From an uncultured Chloroflexia bacterium (lineage in GTDB: Bacteria > Chloroflexota > Anaerolineae > B4-G1 > SLSP01): a stretch of 26,678 nucleotides of DNA. Position 1 is the stretch's first letter, and every line of letters begins with the position of its first letter. The position numbers and the translations under genes are program-made. The stretch spans positions 1 through 26,678 of the forward strand of contig CAVVUS010000046.1 of NCBI GenBank assembly GCA_963751345.1, read 5' to 3'. The notes beneath the pieces were generated by a model. The model saw only the letters and a list, made by a program, of their open reading frames with translations, was not told the DNA's origin and made no database searches. Positions 17,940 to 26,678 of this stretch are shown here, in pieces.

Positions 17940-20845
17940 ATGACGGACCAGGTGCCGTGGACAGCTAGTTGGATCTGGAAAGCGCAGAGGCGATGCGCCA
18001 GCAGCCTGGCGGGAACCCTACAACCAGACGATCGTCGCGCGCAAGACCTTCACCCTGGAGAACGTGGGGACGGCCCGTCCTCCGCATCACGGCGGACAGC
18101 TTCTACCGGCTCTTGATCAACGGCGTCTGGGTCAACGACGGCCCCTGCCGCGCGTGGCCCGAGCACTATCAATACGACGTGATCGATGTGGCGGCCCACC
18201 TGAGGCCGGGGGAGAACGAGCTCCGCGTGATCGCCAAGTACTGGGGCACCGGCACGTTCCACCAGGTACCCCAGCAGGCGGGCCTCCTGGTTCAGTTGGA
18301 CCTAGACCATGGTACGGCATCAGCTCGGACGATCGCGAGCGACGGCACGTGGTCCGTCGCCGAGGCGAAAGCGTGGCGCCGCGATACACCCAAGGTCAGC
18401 ATCCAGATGGAGCCCCAGGAGCTCTACGATGCTCAGCTCGAGGACGATCTCGACTTTGTCCCGGCGGCTGTGCTCTTCGGCGCGACTGAGGGTCCCTGGC
18501 AGCGACCTGCACCCACGCGACGTCCCGCTTCTGACCAAGGAGCCGTTTCACCTGCGTGCCTTCCGTGAGGCTACCATCGTGCGCCGGTCGCAGGATCTGG
18601 AGCTATGTCTGCCGGCGGCACGTCTCTCGCATCCCGGCCTCGTCGAGGCCAACCACAACCTGCTGCAGGCCGGGGGGATCGGCACCGTCCTGGCTATTGT
18701 CGGAAGACACCACGCTCACGGTCGCCTCCCGCGGCCTGAGTTGCTACGCCGACGGCGAAATCATGGTGACAGACCGGATCGCCCTGGCGGCGGGGGAGCA
18801 CGTGTTCCTGGCCTTCGTGACGCAGATCGTCGGACACGAAAAGGAGAAGAGCCTGCGCATCGTGGATCCACCGGCGGGGCTGACCCTCCGCAATCCCGAG
18901 GACCCCGGACACGCCAATCCGTGGTGCTGGATCGCATTCCCTGAGGCCGACTATGCGGGCGACGATCTGTACTGGTACGAGCTTGGACGTCCCGAGGCCC
19001 TTGCCGACCAGGCCGAGGCCTATCTAGCGCTTGTCGACCAGCTTGGCCGCGACGTGAAGGACCCGGCGGCCTTCGGCACCTTCCTTGCCGGGCGCACGCG
19101 GTGCATGCCGCAGGACGAGATGTTCGTCGTCGACTCGCACGCAGCCTTCCTGCATCGCGACCCGGTCGCGCGCGATCCCGTCGCCGGCGCGGACGATCTG
19201 GTGCAGAACCCCGCCGGCCTGATCTACGATAATGACGAGGTCACGGTCGTGCTGCCCTCGGCGAAGGGCGACGTGGAACTCGTCTACGATCTGGGTGAGC
19301 AGAACGTCGGCTATTACGACCTGGAGGTGCTTGCAGAGGCCGGCGTGGTGATCGACATCTTCGGCGTCGAGTACATCGCCCCGATGGCACCATCCAGCAC
19401 ACCTACGGCAATCGCAACGGCGTGCGCTACATCACGCGGGACGGAGCCAACCGGTTCACATCGACGAAACGCCGCTCGGGACGCTACCTCTTCATCACGC
19501 TCCGCAACCAACACGCGCCCGTTCGGATTCGCAAGCTGCGCCTGATCGAGTCCACCTATCCCGTGAACGCAGTGGGCGGGTTCCGGTGCAGCGACGAGCG
19601 CCTGACCAAGATCTGGGAGATCGCCGCGCGGACGCTCAAGCTTTGTATGGAGGACACCTTCACCGACTGCCCCCTCTACGAGCAGACGCTCTGGGTAGGC
19701 GATGCCCGCAATGAGTCGGTCTTCGCCTATCCCGTCTTCGGCGCCGACGACATCGCCCGGCGCTGCGCCCGGCTGGCGGCCCAGTCGCTGGAGCGCTATC
19801 CGATCGTCGGCTCGCAGGTGCCGACGACGTGGGACATCCTGCTCCCGGCCTGGAGTTTTCTGTGGGGCATCTCAATCTGGGACCAGTACGCGTACACCGG
19901 CGACACCGAGTTCCTGCGCGAGATGTGGCCCTCGGTGATCCGTAACTTGGAGGGCGCGGCAGATCTGCTCGACGCCGACTCGGGTGTATTCCGGGGCCCC
20001 TTCTGGAATATGTTCGACTGGTCGGGCATCGACGACCGCAACGAGATCGTGCTGCACAATAGCATGCTCCTTGTCGGCGCCATCAATGCTGCGCAGGCCT
20101 GCGCCGACGTCCTGAAGGACACCGGCCGGCGGGCGTGGCTCGACGCGCTGCGCCAAAGCCTGACCGAGAGCATCAACCGGCTCTGGGATCCGGAGCGCCA
20201 CGCCTATCCCGACGCCATCCACGCAGGACGGGACGCCGCAGCCCCTCCATCTCCCAACACACGAGCTTCCTGGCCCTCCTCTACGACGTCATCCCCGAAG
20301 CCCATCGAGAGGAGGCGCTGCGAAACACCTTGACCCCGCCTGAGGGCATGGTCCGGGTGGGATCGCCGTTTGCGATGATGTACTACTATGAAGCGCTGGA
20401 GCGCTGCGGCAGACCCGATGAGATCATCCGGTCGATCTACGACGCCTACCTCCCGATGCTGGAGGAAGATGCCACCACCGTGTGGGAGGTCTTCTCCACC
20501 AGCGCCGATCGCCCCGGCGGGTTTCCGACCCGCAGTCACTGTCACGCGTGGTCGTCGGCCCCCGTCTACTTCCTTAACCGCATCATCCTGGGCATCCGCC
20601 CAACCGCACCCGGCGGGCGCACCGCCCCCGGGGTGCGCCAGATCGAGGTAAGCCCACGCCTCGAGGGCCTGGCGTGGGCCGAGGGCACGGTGGCGACCAT
20701 CAGTGGGCCGGTGCACGTAGCGTGGCGCGCGGACGAAACGACACTGCAGATCAATGTGACGGCGCCGAAGGGCGTCGAGATCAAGCTCGTGGAGAATGAC
20801 ACACACCAAGGGCGTCTGACAACCTTCAGCGTGGTAGAGGGCTAG
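17940..20845 (+). CDS. GH78 alpha-L-rhamnosidase-family glycoside hydrolase (at least 4 indels)
   Basis: N-terminus WTASWIW..ARKTF..ITADSFYRL.ING..GP; VYDLGEQNVG; catalytic region DTFTDCPLYEQTLWVGDA; C-terminal ATTVWE and SHCHAWSSAP. Confidence 0.88.
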
Positions 20846-20857
20846 GCAGACGAGAGC

Positions 20858-20985
20858 CCGCCCAGCGATGAAGCCGCCGGGCTTGGTGGTGGCGCCCTAT
20901 GAACGGGGCTGGACCGGTTGTGGAGTGTATGAAGCCCGATTGATCGGGCGCAGTCTGATAGCACGGGGACTTCATCCCCGTGCGG
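20858..20985. repeat. Inverted REP-like doublet (two double-hairpin units)
   Basis: Left unit CCGCCCAGCGATGAAGCCGCCGGGCT-N8-GCGCCCTATGAACGGGGCT is an imperfect reverse complement of the right unit AGCCCGATTGATCGGGCGC-N8-AGCACGGGGACTTCATCCCCGTGCGG. Confidence 0.6.
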
Positions 20986-21013
20986 CTCTGAGCACCAGAG
21001 AAGGAGAGATCGT

Positions 21014-21964
21014 ATGAAGACCGTTGTGATTGGCGGCACAGGACACGTAGGCACCTACCTGGTACCGAGACTGGTCGAGGCCGGACACGATGTGACCGTG
21101 GTGAGTCGCGGGCAGCGGGAGCCCTACACGCCCCACGGCGCGTGGCAGGTCGTGCAGCGCATCGCCCTCGACCGGGCCGAGGAAGAGGCCAGGGGCACCT
21201 TTGGCCCCAAGATCCGGGAGCTCAACCCGGACATCGTCATCGATATGATCTGCTTCACCCCGGAGAGCGCCCGGCACCTGGTCGAGTCGCTCAGGGGACA
21301 GGTTCAGGCCTTCCTCCACTGCAGCACCTGCTGGGTGCACGGCGTGACGCGGGAAGTGCCCGTGACCGAGGATCAGCCGCGGCGGCCCATCGGTGACTAC
21401 GGGATCAAGAAGGCGGCCATCGAAGCCTACCTCCACGGCGAGGCGCGGCGTGCCGGGTTCCCCGAGACCTGCATCCTGCCGGGCCACATCGTTGGCGAGG
21501 GCTGGATTCCCCTCAACCCCCAGGCGAACTTCAACCCGGACGTCTACCGGACGCTTGCCCAGGGCGAGCCGCTCACGCTCCCCAACCAGGGTCTGGAGAT
21601 CGTCCATCACGTTCACGCCGACGACGTGGCACAGCTCTTTATGAAGGCGCTGGCCAACTGGAATCTCGCGGTCGGCGAGAGCTTCAATGCCGTCTCCCCG
21701 GCAGCCCTCAGCCTCCGTGGCTACGCAATGGCGGTCGCGGGGTGGTTTGGGCGCGAGGCGGACCTCAGCTACAAGCCGTTCGAAGCATGGAGCAAGGACG
21801 TCTCGGAGCGGGACGCGAACGCCACGCAGGGCCACCTGGAGCACAGCCCCAACTGCTACAGCATCGCCAAGGCCCAGCGGCTGCTCGACTACCAACCGCG
21901 CTACACATCGCTCCAGGGGGTCCGCGAATCCGTGACCTGGTTGATGGAACACGGGATGGTCTGA
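21014..21964 (+). CDS. NAD-dependent epimerase/dehydratase (extended SDR)
   Basis: VIGGTGHVG Rossmann motif, HCST.WVHG, YGIKK (YxxxK) and HHVHADDVA; SD AAGGAG. Confidence 0.9.
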   Translation: MKTVVIGGTGHVGTYLVPRLVEAGHDVTVVSRGQREPYTPHGAWQVVQRIALDRAEEEARGTFGPKIRELNPDIVIDMICFTPESARHLVESLRGQVQAFLHCSTCWVHGVTREVPVTEDQPRRPIGDYGIKKAAIEAYLHGEARRAGFPETCILPGHIVGEGWIPLNPQANFNPDVYRTLAQGEPLTLPNQGLEIVHHVHADDVAQLFMKALANWNLAVGESFNAVSPAALSLRGYAMAVAGWFGREADLSYKPFEAWSKDVSERDANATQGHLEHSPNCYSIAKAQRLLDYQPRYTSLQGVRESVTWLMEHGMV

Positions 21965-22060
21965 ATCACGGATTCGTGGGATTGCACGGATTACACGGAT
22001 GCATCTGTGTAATCCGTGCAATCGCGCCCGCTTCCGAGCGGCTTAATCCGTGATTCAGAC
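21959..22060. repeat. Nested palindromic element built from CACGGATT units
   Basis: Outer 16-bp perfect inverted repeat (21959-21974 / 22045-22060), inner 44-nt near-perfect palindrome (21980-22023) and small CCGCT-TCCG-AGCGG hairpin (22028-22041). Confidence 0.8.
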
Positions 22061-22107
22061 AGAGCCGTGCAGACGTGGTGGAGCAGAGCAGCAACCAAGG
22101 AGCGATA

Positions 22108-22902
22108 ATGACAACAGATCACCTGATGCTGTGGGAGGGGCAGCCACCTGCCTCCTCCCCCGACGACGACTTTCAACCCTATCTCGAACTCTATCTGGCA
22201 GACAGCGCCGCACCACGAGGTGCCGTGCTCGTCTGCCCCGGCGGCGGGTACACCAACCGCGCACCCCACGAGCAGGCGCCGATCGCCCTGAAGTACCGGG
22301 AGGCCGGCTTTCACGCCTTTGTGGTCCAGTACCGCGTGAGCCCCAACTACCATCCCGCGCCCCTCCTGGACGTCTCCCGCGCAGTCCGCCTGATCCGGCA
22401 GAACGCGGATGCGTGGGGTGTCGATCCGGGGCACATCGCCGTCTGCGGTTTTTCGGCGGGAGGGCACCTGACCGCGAGCATCGGCGTTCACTACGGGATG
22501 GAGGTCCTGGCCACCGGCGACAGCCTCGACGCCATTTCCTGCCGGCCCGATGCTCTGATCCTCTGCTATGCCGTGATCTCGGCCAAATCCTTCGGACATG
22601 CGGGCTCTTTCTCCAACCTCCTCGGGCCCAACCCGTCCGCCGCATCGCTCGCCCTGATGTCGCTGGAGGACCACGTCACGCCCGACACGCCGCCCGCCTT
22701 TCTCTGGCACACGGCGGATGACGCCGTCGTGCCGGTCGCCAACAGCTTCTGCTTCGCCGAGGCACTTGGCGCCGCCGGCGTGCCCTTCGAACTCCACGTC
22801 TACCCCAGTGGCGTACACGGCCTTGGCCTGGCGGAGGCCACGCCCCACATCGCCTCGTGGATGGGGCTAAGCACCGACTGGCTCCGCGAGATGGGCTGGT
22901 GA
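22108..22902 (+). CDS. Alpha/beta hydrolase, carbohydrate (acetyl/feruloyl) esterase-like
   Basis: PGGGY oxyanion motif, GFSAGG nucleophile elbow, DDAVVP (Asp) and GVHGLG (His); SD AAGGAG before ATG 22108. Confidence 0.9.
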   Translation: MTTDHLMLWEGQPPASSPDDDFQPYLELYLADSAAPRGAVLVCPGGGYTNRAPHEQAPIALKYREAGFHAFVVQYRVSPNYHPAPLLDVSRAVRLIRQNADAWGVDPGHIAVCGFSAGGHLTASIGVHYGMEVLATGDSLDAISCRPDALILCYAVISAKSFGHAGSFSNLLGPNPSAASLALMSLEDHVTPDTPPAFLWHTADDAVVPVANSFCFAEALGAAGVPFELHVYPSGVHGLGLAEATPHIASWMGLSTDWLREMGW

Positions 22903-22911
22903 GCACACATG

Positions 22912-22962
22912 AACCTTGCGAAGGTGGCCCGAGCAGACTCGGGCTTGGACCTTCGCAAGGTT
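22912..22962. repeat. REP-like inverted pair ACCTTGCGAAGGT / ACCTTCGCAAGGT
   Basis: 14-bp inverted repeat (22912-22925 / 22949-22962), each arm a mini-hairpin, enclosing GCCCGAG-caga-CTCGGGC. Confidence 0.7.
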
Positions 22963-22985
22963 TCGGAGTCCCAGGAGGAATAGAC

Positions 22986-24154
22986 ATGGGTATTAGCTTA
23001 GGTCTCGTTGGCCTTGGTTCCTTTGGGCGAGCCTTCGCCGATCTTTTCATGAACCATCCGCTCGTGGACCGCATCGCGCTCTGCGACCGCGAGCCCGAGC
23101 GGATGCAGGTCTTCGCCGAGAAGCCGTCGTGGCAGGCAAAGCTGAGCAAGGATGACCTCTACCCTTCGCTCGACGCCATCTGCAAGAGCGACCTCGACGC
23201 GCTCGTGATCATCACGCAGCCGTGGCTCCACGCGCCCCAGGCGATCCAGGCGCTGGAGTCCGGCAAACACGTCTACAGCGCCGTCCCGGTCATCAGCATC
23301 CCCGACGCCGACGAGATCCTCGAGTGGTGCGACCGCCTGGTCTCCACCGTCGAAACCACGGGCCTGCATTACATGCTTGGCGAGACGACCTACTACCGCC
23401 CGGAGGCGATGTACTGCCGGCGTCGCGCGCGACGCCGGCGACTTCGGCGAGTTCGTCTATGCCGAGGGAGAGTACATTCACGACCGGGATTCGCACAGCA
23501 ATCTACGCGAGGTGCGACGGCTGCGCCTGGCCAGCGCGGCGGGGAATGAGTGGCTGGCGATGGAGGCAAAGTACCGCGAGCGGGGCGTGAAGAACGGCCC
23601 GATGCACTACCCCACCCACTCCACCAGCGGCCCGATCAGCGTGATGAAGGCGCACCCCGTCAAGGTCTGCGCCTGGGGCTACGCCAACCGGGACGAAGAC
23701 CCATACTTCGACGATTACGCCTTCAGCAACGAGACCGCGCTCTTCACCATGAGCAACGGCGCTACCCTGCGCATCTGTGAGTGCCCGCGAGATCGGCCAC
23801 CCCGAAAGGGAGACCTTCCGCGTCTACGGCACCAAGGGCAGCTTCGAGAATGAGACGTGGACCACCAACAAGACCGTCGAGCAGCTAACCGTCGAAGAGA
23901 TGCGCAATCCGCTGCCCGAGGACGTCGCGGCGGCCTTCGAAAGGGCGGCGGGGCCAAGCTTCTACGGCGGGCACGGTGGATCCCACGCCTACCTCGTTCA
24001 CGAGTTCGTCGACGCGATTGCCCACGATCGAACGCCCGCGGTCAACGTCTGGGAGGCCGTACGCTACATGGCCGCCGGGGCGACGGCGCACAAGTCGGCG
24101 ATGCGCGATGGCGAGATCCTCGCCGTGCCTGACTGGGGCGACGCACCTGCATGA
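22986..24154 (+). CDS. Gfo/Idh/MocA-family oxidoreductase (indels near 23430 and 23786)
   Basis: GLVGLGSFG, HAPQAIQALESGKHVYSAVP, YMLGET, YAEGEYIH, YPTHS and GGHGGSH; SD AGGAGG. Confidence 0.88.
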
Positions 24155-24163
24155 CTGACCCTG

Positions 24164-24197
24164 ACCTTCCGGGAAGCTCTGAAGCTTCCCGGAAGGT
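24164..24197. repeat. REP-like/terminator-like hairpin
   Basis: Perfect 15-bp inverted repeat ACCTTCCGGGAAGCT-ctga-AGCTTCCCGGAAGGT. Confidence 0.7.
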
Positions 24198-24234
24198 GTC
24201 CGAAGAGATGTCCGCAATCCAAGGAGAACATCCT

Positions 24235-25873
24235 ATGACCGAAATTCAACGCGTCTTCACCGTCAACGGAAAGCCCTTCTTCCCCATCGGGGGACAGACC
24301 CGGAACTCCAGCGGGTACAATGAAGGCGAATGGAGCATGGCATTTCAGGCCCTGAAGCTCCTCCACGGCAATACGCTGGAGATCCCCGTCTATTGGGAGC
24401 AGATCGAACCCGCCGAGGGCGAGTACGACTTCAGCGCGCTCGACGACCTTCTGGCAGCGGCTCGGCAGCACGCCGTCCGGCTCGTCCTGCTCTGGTTCGG
24501 CACCTGGAAGAACGGCAACATGGAGTACGTCCCCGATTGGGTCAAGGCCGACCCGGCACGCTTCCGGCGTGTGATCTCGCCGACCGGGCACGACGTCTGG
24601 GTGCTCTCATCCCACTGTGAAGCCAACTTCGAGGCCGACCGGCGCGCTTTCACGACGCTCTGCGCTCACCTTGCCGAGGTCGACGGCGAGACGAGGACCG
24701 TCATAGGGCTGCAGATTGAGAACGAACCCGGCATCCTCGGATCGGATCGTGATTACGGGCCCGAGGCCCAAGCCGATCTGGAGAGCCCGGTCCCCGCCGA
24801 GATGATGGCTTGGCTGGCGAATGGCGAGGGCGGCGCGGTGCACGACCTTTGGCAGGCCGCCGGAGCGAAACCGTCGGGGACGTGGACCGAGGTGTTCGGT
24901 GCATCGCCGGCGAGAGCGACCGCGGTGAGTGCTCACCGCCGGCGAGCTGCTCACCGCATGGTCCATCGCCCTGTACATTGATCGGCTGGCCGAGGCGGGC
25001 AAGGCCGTCGTCGACCTGCCGATGTATCTCAACGTCTGGCTGGGCGAGAACGGCTGGCAGATTCCCGGCGAGAGCTACCCCTCGGGCGGCGCCGTGACCA
25101 AGATGCTCGACCTCTACAAATGGGCGACGCCTCACGTGGACCTGATCGCGCCGGACATTTACCTTGGCGACGCCGTGGGCTACCAGGCGATCTGCCGGGC
25201 CTATGGGCGCCCGGACAACCCACTCTTCATCCCCGAATCGGCAGCGGGCGGGTCGAACCCGCTGCGCATCTTCCAGGCCGTGGGCACCTACGACGCCGTC
25301 GGCTACGCCTTTTTCGGGATCGAGCACATCGTCGCCGAGGACGGCAGCGTGCGCCCCGAACTCGCGCCGCTGGTCGACAGCTTCCGCTGTGTCGCCGCGG
25401 CAGCGCCGCTCCTGCTGGAGTATCAGGGCACCGGGTGCATCCACACGATCGCCCAGGAGGCCGACCTCGGCACCCAGCGTCTGGACCTGGACGGGTATCT
25501 CGGGCTCGTGGAGTTCGGCGGTCGCTACACCAAGGACTGGCGCCACGCGGACCGGTTCCGAGCGGAGCACGAGGTGACGCCGGGGCCGGGGCGAGGGTTG
25601 GTCGTGCAGACGGACGAGCACGAGTTCTTCCTCGTGGGCGCCGGCTACCGGCTGAACCTGAGACCCAAGAGCGCCCCCGCAGATCACGCACAGGCGGCAC
25701 AGATCAGCACGCACCTGCTGACCCGGCTGGCCCACCTCATCCGCGTCGACGAGGGGCATTTCGACGAGGCCGGGTACTTCATCGTGGACAGGCGCCGCAA
25801 CGGGGACGAGACCGACAGCGGGATCTGGGTTGAGCCCGATGTGGGCGTCGTCCACGTCGTGTTGTGTGAGTAA
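24235..25873 (+). CDS. GH35-like beta-galactosidase with DUF5597-like C-terminus (indel near 24930)
   Basis: VNGKPF..GG...NSS, PVYWEQIEP.EG.YDF, LWFGTWKNG, QIENEPG (acid/base), YPSGG, APDIY and LFIPES (nucleophile); SD AAGGAG before ATG 24235. Confidence 0.85.
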
Positions 25874-25892
25874 GGAGACAAGAGGGGAGAAC

Positions 25893-26678
25893 ATGGCCGA
25901 CATCGAACAGGACTACAGCAGGATTCCCGCCCGGTATCCCGAGCTGAGCGGCAAGGTCGCGATTGTCACCGGCTCAAGCCGGGGCATCGGCAAGGGCATC
26001 GCCCTCAGGCTGGCCAAGGAGGGCATGAAGGTCGTCATCAACAGCCGCACCCCCGAGGCGGTCGAGGCGACGAGGGCGGAGATCGAGGGATACGGCGCCG
26101 ACGTGATCGGCGTTCCGGCAGACCAGAGCGAGACCGCCGGCGTGGTAACGATCATCGAGGCGACGCTGGCTGCGTTCGGGACGATCGATCTTGTGGTCAA
26201 CAACGCCGCCAACCTCAGGCGCAACCACATCTTCGAGGTGGACGAGGCGCTGCTCGACAACGAACTCGCCACCAACATCCGCGGGCCTTATCTCTGCGCG
26301 CTCTACGCCGCGCGGCACATGCGGGACGCGGGCCACGGCGGGAACATCGTCCACATCAGCTCCGTGGGCGGGCTGCGGGCCCACTGGCGTGGGCTGCCCT
26401 ACGACGTCACCAAGGGAGCGCTGGATTCAATGACCCAGGCGATGGCGCTCGAACTCGCCCAGTACGACATCCGCGTCAACGGCGTCGCGCCGGGCGCGAC
26501 GCTGACCGAGCGCTGGCCCGATCCCACCGAGCCGCGGATGATAGCGGTCGCCGACCGCATCCCGATGAAGCGCTTTGGGACCGGGCTGGAGATCGGTGCC
26601 GCCGTCGCCTTCCTCGCCTCGGACGACGCAGGCTACATCACGGGACAGACGATCTACGTGGACGGCGGGATCACGGCG
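25893..26678 (+). CDS. Classical short-chain dehydrogenase/reductase (FabG-like), truncated by the window end; absent from the ORF track
   Basis: Read from sequence: MADIEQ..GKVAIVTGSSRGIG, LVVNNAA, ISSVGG, YDVTK (YxxxK), IRVNGVAPG and YITGQTIYVDGG. Confidence 0.92.
   Translation, partial: MADIEQDYSRIPARYPELSGKVAIVTGSSRGIGKGIALRLAKEGMKVVINSRTPEAVEATRAEIEGYGADVIGVPADQSETAGVVTIIEATLAAFGTIDLVVNNAANLRRNHIFEVDEALLDNELATNIRGPYLCALYAARHMRDAGHGGNIVHISSVGGLRAHWRGLPYDVTKGALDSMTQAMALELAQYDIRVNGVAPGATLTERWPDPTEPRMIAVADRIPMKRFGTGLEIGAAVAFLASDDAGYITGQTIYVDGGITA

Noticed and set aside
19156-19185. Short tandem duplication encoding RDPVA-RDPVA in GH78
   Set aside because: A 15-nt imperfect in-frame duplication in a probable linker; no evidence of function.
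20972-22021. 349-aa minus-strand ORF
   Set aside because: Antisense shadow of the epimerase gene, typical of high-GC codon bias.
21959-22060. CRISPR array interpretation of the CACGGATT repeats
   Set aside because: The units are 8-9 nt, inverted and without unique spacers, and no cas genes are nearby.
24701-25903. 400-aa minus-strand ORF
   Set aside because: Antisense shadow of the GH35-like gene; no recognisable domain.

Overview
High-GC bacterial genomic segment. Gene content, the SD-led genes and the repeat types suggest an Anaerolineae/Chloroflexota-like organism (inference only). About 23 protein-coding genes are visible. Roughly half are broken by single-base indels that most plausibly reflect long-read consensus errors, so the supplied ORF track fragments them. 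Left to right: (i) an APH-family kinase and a LarA-family Ni-pincer racemase/epimerase; (ii) a compact unit behind a strong sigma70-type promoter: DUF488 (ending in the clamp-binding-like motif QLSFF), a second DUF488, a dual-OB-like protein and a TPR-like/RecQ helicase. This is the best candidate for an undescribed DNA-processing, repair or defence system; (iii) a GNAT gene, two GyrI-like genes, a 65-aa small ORF and an AfsR-like SARP-ATPase-TPR regulator, with twin divergent promoters that share AGACG-N6-AGACG-N9-TATGATGG (an AfsR/AfsS-like module); (iv) nitroreductase and transglutaminase-like genes on the minus strand; (v) a ~12 kb plus-strand run: NUDIX, EamA, URO-D/MtaA-like, DUF1349/ConA-like, GH78, NAD-dependent epimerase, alpha/beta esterase, Gfo/Idh/MocA, GH35-like and an SDR that runs off the window. 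Several of its spacers carry a REP-like palindromic element. No rRNA, tRNA, CRISPR array, transposase or integrase was recognised.
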